Of a DNA stretch of 64,000 bases, positions 1-11,227 are shown one piece after another. Position numbers and translations under genes: made by a program. Numbering within the stretch: position 1 is the first letter of the stretch; every line of letters starts with the position of its first letter. This DNA is from Terriglobia bacterium (lineage in GTDB: Bacteria; Acidobacteriota; Terriglobia; JAJPHL01; JAPKYU01): positions 32,001 to 96,000 of the forward strand of contig CBDCVK010000006.1 in NCBI GenBank assembly GCA_965223005.1. The letters are read 5' to 3'. The notes beneath the pieces are model-generated. The model saw nothing but the letters and a program-made list of their open reading frames with translations, was not told the origin of the DNA and ran no database searches.

Positions 1-977
1 GCGCCGGGCAGCTTCCTGAACCTGCTCGCCGAAGCCGGACTCCTGGCTGGCGCGCTCCACCAGCGCCCGGTGTGCGGCCCGGATGTTCTCAGCCGAGCGG
101 CAAACGGGCAGCAGGTCGCAGCCAGCTTCGACAGCGGCGACGGCGGCCTCGCCAATCGAGCGGCCGGTCAGCATGCCGCCCATCCCAAGGTCGTCGGAAA
201 CCACTACCCCGCGGAAGCCGATACGTTCCCGCAGCAGCCCCCGCAGGAGCTGGCTGGAAAGGGAAGCCGGTTGCGCGGTCTCGCCCGTGGCCTCCAGCGA
301 CGGATACCAGGCGTGGCTCACCATCACCAGGGGAATCTCATTGTGCAGTTCCCGAAAAGGAAGCAGGTCTTCCTCCCACATCTGCTCGGCCGGCTTTTCC
401 ACACGGGGCAACTCGATATGAGTATCCTCGGACGCGCTGCCCAGGCCTGGAAAATGCTTGCCGCAGCCGACTATGCCCTGGCGGGTGAGGCCCGCCAGGA
501 AGTTGCGGCCGAAGCGCACCACTTGTGGGGGATCCGCGCTGACTGCGCGGGGGCCCAGCACAGGTTCCGCCGGCGCGCTGGCTAAATCGAGCACGGGCGC
601 CAGGTCCACATTGAGCCCGAAGCTGGCCAGCGCTTCCCCCACTAGCGCACCAAAATCGCGGACGAAAAGATCGTCGTTTGTAGCGGCCACCGCTCGCGGT
701 GAAGGGAACGGCGCCAGGACGTTGCGCAGCTGGTCCACCGGGCCGCCCTCCAGGTCCATCGCCAGCAGGGGAGACCCGCCGGGCGGCCCGTGCTCGGCCA
801 GCGCCTGGACAATCTGCTGGACCAGCGCGGCAAATTCGGCCGCCCCGGCAATATTGTGTCCGAAGAGGATTGCGCCGGCCGGCCGGATCTCGGTCAGCAA
901 CCGCGCCAGTTCCTCATCAAATGTGTTTTGTTCAAAGCCGACCAACAAGAGCCGGCCGACGGCAGTTTCTGTGTCCA

Positions 978-981
<4 letters not shown>
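1..981 (-). CDS. nagZ: beta-N-acetylhexosaminidase, GH3 N-terminal domain (NagZ-like); 3' end runs off the window
   Basis: Not in the ORF track. Manual translation gives MMDTETAVGRLLLVGF...AMDLEGGPV...APVLD...CGKHFPGLGSASEDTH...VMVSH...VSDDLGMGG (GH3 KHFPG and SDDLxM motifs). Its ATG overlaps the mutS stop (ATGA). Confidence 0.85.
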
Positions 982-3599
<2,618 letters not shown>

Positions 3600-3802
3600 C
3601 CTTCAGTGATTATAGTTCGCTTCCCCGGCTTTCGGTTCGCTTCGTTGCGTCGATTAGCATCCTACCGATGGTCGTCAATCCATCTCGCAAATCCTTCTTC
3701 CGCAACAGAAAAGGTGTGCCGACGCACGGTACCTTCAAGTAACCTGATGAGCTTAGAGAAAGTCCAGGCGGCGGCGAAGTGACGAGTTTGTAGAGGCCGA
3801 TA

Positions 3803-4588
3803 GTGAAATCCATTATTGAATGGAGAAGATGGGGCCAGACGGACCCACTCTATGCTGCTGTATCTTGGCCTGGTAAGCAAAAGACAGGCGTTCATCCCTG
3901 GACAGAGGAGGAGTTTCTTGCCACGGGTGCCCTGGATTGGGAAAACTACCGGCAGCAGTGGCAGCAGTATGGACTGAACAAAAGCAGTTGTGTGGAGATC
4001 GGCTGCGGCCCGGGACGCATGATCCTTCCCTTAAGCCGCCATTTCGAGAGATTTTACGCAGTGGACATCTCCGAGGAGATGATTCGCTATGCTCGTCCTC
4101 ACGTCGAAGAAAAGTCCGTCCATTTTTGCATCGCTGGCGGAAACGCACTGCCGCTCTCGAGTCGCTCAGTTTGTTCGGTGTTTTCTACGCAAGTATTTCA
4201 GCACTTCGACCACGTTTCCCAGGGGGCGGCCTGCTTCGGAGAGATCTTTCGCATCCTTGCGCCGTGTGGAACAATGATGGTTCAGTTGCCGCTCTGCGCC
4301 TGGCCGCGGCTACACTGGCTCTATCGCCCCGTCTATGTTCTTCAAAAGGCTTTGGGGCAATTCAGAGCCGATTGTCGGAGATACCGGCTCCGGCGCGGGC
4401 AAGGAAAATTGTTCATGCGAATGTTGTCTTACGAAGTAGGCTGGCTTTACACAACCCTCTCGGGAATAGGATTCGAGAACATCCAAGTTCGAATCTTCCC
4501 GCTAAACGTCATTCAGGGCTGGAACGTGTCCTGCGTGCTCGCCAGTAAGCCCGGCCAGAATCAGGGCAAAGCAAACCTGGGTCAGTGA
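3803..4588 (+). CDS. class I SAM-dependent methyltransferase
   Basis: EIGCGPGR motif I, AVDISEEM, VFQHF. Confidence 0.8.
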   Translation: MKSIIEWRRWGQTDPLYAAVSWPGKQKTGVHPWTEEEFLATGALDWENYRQQWQQYGLNKSSCVEIGCGPGRMILPLSRHFERFYAVDISEEMIRYARPHVEEKSVHFCIAGGNALPLSSRSVCSVFSTQVFQHFDHVSQGAACFGEIFRILAPCGTMMVQLPLCAWPRLHWLYRPVYVLQKALGQFRADCRRYRLRRGQGKLFMRMLSYEVGWLYTTLSGIGFENIQVRIFPLNVIQGWNVSCVLASKPGQNQGKANLGQ

Positions 4589-4724
4589 GATTTTGGCGCG
4601 ACGCAACTGAGGAGTAGCTGCTTCAAGACCCCGCCCTCCATGCTCCTGTTTCATTCCAACGACCGGCGTCCATGCAGGATTGTGGCTCGACCTTGGCTGC
4701 GCGAACCCGTTATGATACGGCGCC

Positions 4725-6008
4725 ATGGCTAAGGCGGGCGGAACTCCGCTGCACCAGAAGATTCTCTACGGGATGGTGGCCGGCGCCGGCGCCGGCCTGG
4801 TTGCAAACTGGGCGTGGGGACCAACAGAGGGGCTGCAAGACTTCGTCCGCACAGTCACCTACCCGGCCGGCCAGATTTTCCTGCGCCTGATCTTCATGGT
4901 AGTGATCCCGCTCATCTTCTCAGCACTGGTGCTGGGAGTGGCGGAGCTGGGCGACGTGCGCAGGCTGGGCCGAGTGGGCCTGAAGACTGTCGTCTTCACT
5001 CTAGTGCTCAGCAGCCTCTCGGTGCTGATTGGGATTACCCTGGTCAACCTGATCCGGCCGGGTGTCGGCATGCAGGAGGCCGACAAAGCCAATTTGCTGG
5101 AGATTCTCGGCCGCTCGGCGGCTGACATCGAGCCGCCGCCACCGAAGGCGGGCATCGAAATTGTGCTCGACCTGATTCCCGCGAACCCCTTGCAGGCGAT
5201 GGTGAACGCTTTTCAGGGCGAGATGGTTGCGGTGATGGTCTTCTCGCTCCTCATGGGCATTGCCGTCACACTGTGCCCGCGCGAGCGCGTCCAGCCCCTG
5301 ATCAGCTTGCTTCAGGCCGTTTACGAGGTGGTGATGAAGGTGATCGGGCTGGCGATGAAGCTGGCCCCCTACGGTGTGGCGGCGCTGCTGTTCAGCCTGA
5401 CGGCGCGCTTCGGCTTCGAGATTCTTCAAAAGCTGGCCTGGTACGTCGGTGTCGTCATCGGCGGGCTGGCGTTGCACATGTTTGTTGTGTACTCGCTCTT
5501 TTTGAGATACGCGGTTGGGTATTCGCCCCGCCAGTTCTTCCGGCGCACCCGGGAGATTCTGTTGACGGGTTTCGCCACCTCTTCGAGTAACGCGACCCTG
5601 CCGGTCACCCTGCGGGTGGCCGAGCAGGAGCTGGGCGTGCCACGCCAGATCGGCGGCTTTGTGCTGACGGTGGGCTCGACCGCCAACCAGAACGGCACCG
5701 CGCTCTACGAGGGGGTCACCGTGTTGTTCCTGGCACAGTTCTTCGGCGTGGACTTGAGCTTGGGCGCACAGGTCAGCGTGGTGCTGCTTTCCATTCTGGC
5801 GGGAGTGGGTACTGCCGGCGTGCCGGGCGGCTCGCTGCCCATGGTGGGGGCCCTGCTGGTGACGGTGGGCGTGCCCTGGGAGGGCTTGGGGATCATCCTG
5901 GGAGTGGACCGCCTGCTGGACATGTGCCGCACCGTGCTCAACATCACCGGCGACGTGGTCACGGCCGCCTACGTCGCCCGCTCCGAAGGCCACACGCTGC
6001 GCGCCTGA
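4725..6008 (+). CDS. dicarboxylate/amino acid:cation symporter (DAACS, GltP-like)
   Basis: FLRLIFMVVIPL, FATSSSNATLP, TANQNGTALYE, AGVPGG and GVDRLLDMCRTVLN motifs; multiple TM helices. Confidence 0.93.
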   Translation: MAKAGGTPLHQKILYGMVAGAGAGLVANWAWGPTEGLQDFVRTVTYPAGQIFLRLIFMVVIPLIFSALVLGVAELGDVRRLGRVGLKTVVFTLVLSSLSVLIGITLVNLIRPGVGMQEADKANLLEILGRSAADIEPPPPKAGIEIVLDLIPANPLQAMVNAFQGEMVAVMVFSLLMGIAVTLCPRERVQPLISLLQAVYEVVMKVIGLAMKLAPYGVAALLFSLTARFGFEILQKLAWYVGVVIGGLALHMFVVYSLFLRYAVGYSPRQFFRRTREILLTGFATSSSNATLPVTLRVAEQELGVPRQIGGFVLTVGSTANQNGTALYEGVTVLFLAQFFGVDLSLGAQVSVVLLSILAGVGTAGVPGGSLPMVGALLVTVGVPWEGLGIILGVDRLLDMCRTVLNITGDVVTAAYVARSEGHTLRA

Positions 6009-6093
6009 CCCCGCACGTCCACATAGCGAGTTTCAGACTGCCACAGTGCCCTTGAGCCCGGGGTTACAATTGACCGAGAGTTGCCTGAGTTCG

Positions 6094-7086
6094 ATGGCAT
6101 CGAAAGCAAGCGCAGCCGACTTCACTATTCTCAGCCAAGACTTTGAGCCTGCCTACATGGCTCTACACCGCAGCGGCGAGCTGCGCCGGCGAGCCGAGGA
6201 GGCGGTGACGCGGCTGTCGCACTGCCTGGTCTGCCCGCGCAACTGCGGCGTGGATCGCACGGTCGACAAGACCGCCGCCTGCCACACCGGCCGCTACGCC
6301 CAGGTGAGCAGCCACTTTCCACACTTCGGCGAGGAGAACTGCCTGCGGGGCTCGCGGGGCAGCGGCACCATTTTCTTTTCGATGTGCAACCTGCGCTGCG
6401 TCTTCTGCCAGAACTACGACATCAGCCAGGCGCACCGCGGACCGGAGACGCCGCCCGAGCAGCTTGCGGAGATGATGCTGGAGCTGCAGGCCCAAGGCTG
6501 CCACAACGTCAATTTCGTTACCCCGGAGCACGTGGTGCCCGAGGTGCTCGAGGCGTTGCCGATCGCTGTTGAGGCAGGCCTGCGGTTGCCCATCGTCTAC
6601 AACACCTCAGCTTACGACTCCCTCGACAGCCTCCACCTGCTGGACGGCGTCGTGGACGTCTACATGCCGGACTTCAAGTTCTGGGACCCCGAGCTTTCCC
6701 TCCGCTACATGAAGGCCAGGGACTATCCGGAGGCGGCGCGACGGACCATCCGGGAGATGCACCGGCAGGTGGGCGCGCTGAAGTTCGACGAGCGGGGCAT
6801 GGCCAAGCGAGGCGTGCTGGTGCGGCACCTGATCATGCCGGGTGAGATTGCCAGCAGCGCCTCCATCATGCGCTTTCTGGCCGAGGAAATCTCGCCCGAC
6901 ACCTACGTCAACATCATGGACCAGTACTACCCGGCGGGGCGCGTTGCGGGCGCCCAGTTCGCGGAAATCGGTCGCGGAATTAGCGAAGGCGAATACGAGT
7001 GGGCTCTGGAAGCCGCACGGGCAGCCGGTTTGTGGCGCCTCGATCACCGCCGCTCCCACTCCTCCCGCATCCCCTGGTGGAACTAA
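6094..7086 (+). CDS. radical SAM protein, PflX-like
   Basis: N-terminal CLVCPRNC, HFGEE, GSGTIFF, CNLRCVFCQN (CxxxCxxC), NFVTP, YMPDFK. Start placed at ATG 6094. Confidence 0.85.
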   Translation: MASKASAADFTILSQDFEPAYMALHRSGELRRRAEEAVTRLSHCLVCPRNCGVDRTVDKTAACHTGRYAQVSSHFPHFGEENCLRGSRGSGTIFFSMCNLRCVFCQNYDISQAHRGPETPPEQLAEMMLELQAQGCHNVNFVTPEHVVPEVLEALPIAVEAGLRLPIVYNTSAYDSLDSLHLLDGVVDVYMPDFKFWDPELSLRYMKARDYPEAARRTIREMHRQVGALKFDERGMAKRGVLVRHLIMPGEIASSASIMRFLAEEISPDTYVNIMDQYYPAGRVAGAQFAEIGRGISEGEYEWALEAARAAGLWRLDHRRSHSSRIPWWN

Positions 7087-7125
7087 TTCGCCAGGGGGAG
7101 ACATCAGCAAGCCAGGACGAAAGAG

Positions 7126-7479
7126 ATGACACAAGAAGCGGCATTGAAACACATCAAGCAGGCTTGGGTGGCCGGCATCATCTCAGCAGGGATTACGCTG
7201 TTGGTCATCTTGGTTGCCGCTTCTGGCTCGACGGTTTTCGCCAAACTCGGTGTTGATTGGTGGAGCCTGATCGACGTCGTAACCGTTCTTGGTCTCTCGT
7301 TCGGCCTATACAAAAAGAGCCGCATTTGTGCTGTGCTGCTGTTCGTCTATTTTGTCGGTTCAAAGATCATCCTGTGGGCGACGATGGGCAACGTGCGAGG
7401 GGTGACCATGGCAATTTTGTTCGGCTATTTCTTTTTCCAAGGGATTCGAGGGACATTCGCCTACCATTCCTTGAGTTGA
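7126..7479 (+). CDS. hypothetical membrane protein (~4 TM)
   Basis: 117-aa ORF with four hydrophobic segments. Confidence 0.65.
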   Translation: MTQEAALKHIKQAWVAGIISAGITLLVILVAASGSTVFAKLGVDWWSLIDVVTVLGLSFGLYKKSRICAVLLFVYFVGSKIILWATMGNVRGVTMAILFGYFFFQGIRGTFAYHSLS

Positions 7480-7510
7480 GCAAACTCTCCAAGAAAGGCA
7501 GGGTTCTGGA

Positions 7511-7993
7511 ATGCCTAAGTGGTTGTGGATACTGGGAGGATCGGTCACGTTTGTGGTCGTTGTTCTACTAAGCCTCGTCATATATGTGGGTATCGTCGGC
7601 CCGGATATTGAGGTTGTTCCCGGCGCCCAGTTGCCCGAGAGATTCCTTTCAAAGATTCGCGCGTTGGATTTACTTGAACCTGGAGAGCAGGTTAAGTTTT
7701 TCTATTCCGATGCACTCGTCAACATAGAAGATGGCTTCTACCTTTTCACCGAGCGCAAGGTGGTCGTTTATAAGAGTGAATATGAGCAACCAGCCCTGAT
7801 TCTTCCTTTCGCAGAGATAAAAGACATGGACATAGAATTCTCTGAGTCCACGTTTTGGGAGGACAGCCAAGTCTACCTGACACTGGCCGATAATAGCGTC
7901 GTTTCGTTTCCGGTTTCCAGTGAAAGCGGAGGAGACAAGAGATTCTATGAAGCCTTAAAGGGAACGTGGGACTCGTTCGCCAAGCAGGAATAA
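7511..7993 (+). CDS. hypothetical protein with N-terminal membrane anchor
   Basis: 160-aa ORF, one N-terminal TM followed by a soluble domain; co-oriented with the upstream gene. Confidence 0.65.
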   Translation: MPKWLWILGGSVTFVVVVLLSLVIYVGIVGPDIEVVPGAQLPERFLSKIRALDLLEPGEQVKFFYSDALVNIEDGFYLFTERKVVVYKSEYEQPALILPFAEIKDMDIEFSESTFWEDSQVYLTLADNSVVSFPVSSESGGDKRFYEALKGTWDSFAKQE

Positions 7994-8025
7994 GTGAGCC
8001 AGGTGCACTGGCTCGAGAAAGCGAG

Positions 8026-9387
8026 TTATGAAAGGGTTTCGAGGACGCGGCGGAGGGTGGATTCCTGGTGGGGGAGCACGGTACGCAGGTCGAGCAGGAC
8101 GCGGTCCTGCTCGACTCGGGCAATCACCGGTGGAGTGGAGGCCCGCAGGCGTGCCTCCACCTCGGTAGCGCTCAGCGCGGGGTGCGCGAGGGCGATCAGT
8201 GTGGTCGTGAGCGACTGGCCGGGGGTGGAACCGCCGCCCACCACCGACTTGCCAGGCACCAGCTCCACCGGCAGCGACAGTCCGGCGACCAGCGCGCGGG
8301 CGCGCGCGGCAATCTCGTCGGAGCTGGCACGGATCATGTGCATCACGGGTAGCGCGTTGAGCTCGCCGCGCAAGTAAATCGCCAGCGTGGCTTCGAGCGC
8401 TGCGTAGGTCATCTTGTCCACACGCAGGGCACGAAAGAGTGGGTTGCGGCGAACCTGCTCGACCAAATCCTGCCGGCCGGCGATGATGCCCGCCTGCGGC
8501 CCGCCCAGCAACTTGTCGCCACTGAAGCTGACCAGGTCGGCGCCAGCCTTCAGGCTGTCGCCGGCCAGCGGCTCGTCGATGATCCCGAAGGGACGCAAAT
8601 CCACCAAGCAGCCGCTGCCCAGGTCTTCGAACACGGGCACGCCCGCGCGGCGACCCAACCCGACAAGTTCCTCAAGCGAGGGACGTTCGGTAAAGCCCAC
8701 GATGCGGTAGTTGCTGGGGTGGACTCGGAGCAACAAGCGGGTCCGGCCCGGCACGATAGCGGTCTCGTAATCGGCCAGGCGAGTGCGGTTGGTGGTGCCC
8801 ACCTCGCGCCGCACCGCACCGCTCTTGGCCATCACGTCGGGAATGCGAAACGAGTCGCCAATCTCGATCAGCTCGCCGCGCGAGACCACAACCTCGCCAC
8901 CCTCGGCCAGCGTGTTCAGCACCAGCAGCAGTGCGGCGGCATTGTTGTTGACCACCACCGCTGGCGCCCCCAGCAGTTGGCGGAGCAGGCGGGCGGTGTG
9001 CACGTCGCGCTTGCCGCGCTTGCCCCGACCCAGATCGTACTCCAAGTTGCTGTAGGAGCCAGCGGCCTCACCTACCCGTGCCACGGCGCCGGCCGCCAGC
9101 GGCGCGCGCCCCAGATTAGTGTGCAAGATGACTCCGGTGGCGTTAATCACCGTGCCCAACGACGGCTCCAGCGCGTTCCGGACCCGCTCAGCGATGCGCG
9201 CTTCCAGGTTGGCCAGCGGGTGTTCTCCTCCCGTGCCGGAGCGGATTTCGGCGCGCACTTCCTCCAGCACCTCGCGTACGCGTTCTGCCACGTAGCCGCG
9301 GCTGACTTGTGCGGCCAGCGCCGACAGTTCCGGCCGGCCCAGTAGTTCATCCACTGAAGGAATTTCGCGGAGCAGAGAAGTTTTCAT
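8026..9387 (-). CDS. selA: L-seryl-tRNA(Sec) selenium transferase
   Basis: VINATGVILHTNLGRAPL, VNNNAAA, SRGELIEIG, EVGTTNRT, EDLGSG, FSGDKLLGGPQAG and RALRVDK motifs. Start placed at ATG 9387. Confidence 0.96.
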   Translation of the reverse strand: MKTSLLREIPSVDELLGRPELSALAAQVSRGYVAERVREVLEEVRAEIRSGTGGEHPLANLEARIAERVRNALEPSLGTVINATGVILHTNLGRAPLAAGAVARVGEAAGSYSNLEYDLGRGKRGKRDVHTARLLRQLLGAPAVVVNNNAAALLLVLNTLAEGGEVVVSRGELIEIGDSFRIPDVMAKSGAVRREVGTTNRTRLADYETAIVPGRTRLLLRVHPSNYRIVGFTERPSLEELVGLGRRAGVPVFEDLGSGCLVDLRPFGIIDEPLAGDSLKAGADLVSFSGDKLLGGPQAGIIAGRQDLVEQVRRNPLFRALRVDKMTYAALEATLAIYLRGELNALPVMHMIRASSDEIAARARALVAGLSLPVELVPGKSVVGGGSTPGQSLTTTLIALAHPALSATEVEARLRASTPPVIARVEQDRVLLDLRTVLPHQESTLRRVLETLS

Positions 9388-9570
9388 ACCCACGTTGCGG
9401 GCGCTTGCCAGTCCGCCACGAGGCATCGGAACGGGCCAGACATGCGTTCAACCCGCAGGAGCAACTCGAGTATAGCACTGCTTATAACATTGCTGAATGC
9501 GCGGCGGTTCAGCTATGCTGACTATAAGCGGAGTGGAATGGTCAAGCTCCCAGTGCGGAGTGTGGAGTAG

Positions 9571-11127
9571 GTGATGCGCAAGAAGAACGGCGATACCGTG
9601 AAGCAGCGTGTGTTGATCTTGGGGCTGCTGCTGCTGATGGCTGCGCCGGCGGCTGGGCAGTCACTGGAAGAGTTTGAGAAAACAGTCACTGAGTTTACGC
9701 TGGCCAACGGGATGCATTTCATCGTGGTGGAGCGGCATGAGGTGCCCATTGTGGCCTTCCACACGTATATGGACGTGGGCGCGGTGGACGAGAACATCGG
9801 CCAAACCGGCGTCGCCCACCTGTTCGAGCACATGGCGTTCAAGGGCACCCGCACCATTGGTACGAAGAACTACAAGAAGGAGAAGGAGGCGCTGGAGAAG
9901 CTGGACGCGGCCTACCGGGCGCTCGAAACCGAGCGGGCCAGGGGCCAACGGCCTGACTCCGCCCGCCTGAAGGAGCTTGAAGAAGCTTTCCGCAAAGCGC
10001 AGGAGGAGGCGGGTAGCTTCGTGGTCACTGACGAGTTTATGGAGATCGTGGAGCGCGCGGGCGGTGTGGGACTCAATGCATCGACCTCCTCCGACGCCAC
10101 CCGCTACTTTTTCTCCCTACCGTCCAACAAGCTGGAACTCTGGTTCGCGCTGGAGTCGCTGCGCTTCCTGGAGCCGGTGGCTCGTGAATTTTACAAGGAG
10201 CGCAACGTGGTGATGGAAGAGCGGCGGATGCGCACCGAAAGCCGACCCTTCGGCAAGCTGATCGAAGAGTTCCTCGCCATTGCCTACAAAGCGCACCCCT
10301 ATGGGCAGCCGGTGGTTGGGCACCGCAGCGAACTCACGCGGCTGCGGCGGAGCGAGGCCGCGGAATTTTTCCGCAAGCACTACGTGGCGCAGGCCATGAC
10401 GGCGGTAATTGTGGGTGACGCGGACCCTCAGCAGGTCCGGCGGCTAGCCGAGACGTACTTCGGGCGGCTAGCCAAGCGCCCGCGGCCCGAGCCGGTGCGC
10501 ACCGTGGAGCCGCCGCAGGAGGGCGAGCGCCGGGTCATGGTGGAGGCCGCCTCCCAGCCCTATGTTTTGGTCGGCTATCACCGGCCAGGAGTAAAACACC
10601 CGGACAGCGCCACCCTGGACGTCATCAGTGACGTCCTGGGCGGCGGCCGTACCTCCTGGCTTTACAAGAGCCTGGTGAAGGAGAAGAAGATCGCAGTGGC
10701 CGCCTCGGCCTTCACCGGCTTTCCGGGCTACAAGTATCCCGGCCTGTTCCTCTTCTTCGCCGTCCCCTCGGCTGGGCACACTGCCGAAGAGGTGGAGAAG
10801 GCTTTGGATGAACAGATCGAGCGCATCAAAAAGGAACAAGTTCCGTCCGAGCGGCTGGAGCAGGTGAAGCGGCGGGCGCGGGCCACGGTCCTGCGCGGGT
10901 TGCGCTCCAACGGCGGCCTGGCCTCTGCACTGGCCATGAATCAGGCGCTGCTCGGCGACTGGCGCTATCTGTTCCGCGACCTGGACGCCATCGAAAAAGT
11001 CACAGCCGAGGATGTGCAACAGGCCGCCCATCGATACTTTCAGCGCAAGAACCGGACCGTGGGAGTGATCGTGCCGGCCGAGTCCGCGGCACCGACGGCA
11101 CAGAGCGATTCAACGAAAAGCGACTAG
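9571..11127 (+). CDS. M16 (pitrilysin-family) zinc peptidase, catalytic subunit, secreted
   Basis: Signal peptide; GVAHLFEHMAFKGT (HxxEH); NASTS; ERNVVMEERRMR. Confidence 0.92.
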   Translation: MMRKKNGDTVKQRVLILGLLLLMAAPAAGQSLEEFEKTVTEFTLANGMHFIVVERHEVPIVAFHTYMDVGAVDENIGQTGVAHLFEHMAFKGTRTIGTKNYKKEKEALEKLDAAYRALETERARGQRPDSARLKELEEAFRKAQEEAGSFVVTDEFMEIVERAGGVGLNASTSSDATRYFFSLPSNKLELWFALESLRFLEPVAREFYKERNVVMEERRMRTESRPFGKLIEEFLAIAYKAHPYGQPVVGHRSELTRLRRSEAAEFFRKHYVAQAMTAVIVGDADPQQVRRLAETYFGRLAKRPRPEPVRTVEPPQEGERRVMVEAASQPYVLVGYHRPGVKHPDSATLDVISDVLGGGRTSWLYKSLVKEKKIAVAASAFTGFPGYKYPGLFLFFAVPSAGHTAEEVEKALDEQIERIKKEQVPSERLEQVKRRARATVLRGLRSNGGLASALAMNQALLGDWRYLFRDLDAIEKVTAEDVQQAAHRYFQRKNRTVGVIVPAESAAPTAQSDSTKSD

Positions 11128-11227
11128 TGAATCGCCAAGACGTAAAGGCAGCGAGGCAACTTTTAAACACTTCTTCTGGTGGTGTCTTCGCGGCTGATTT
11201 GCTTTTTCCTAGCTGCGAATCGGGGTA

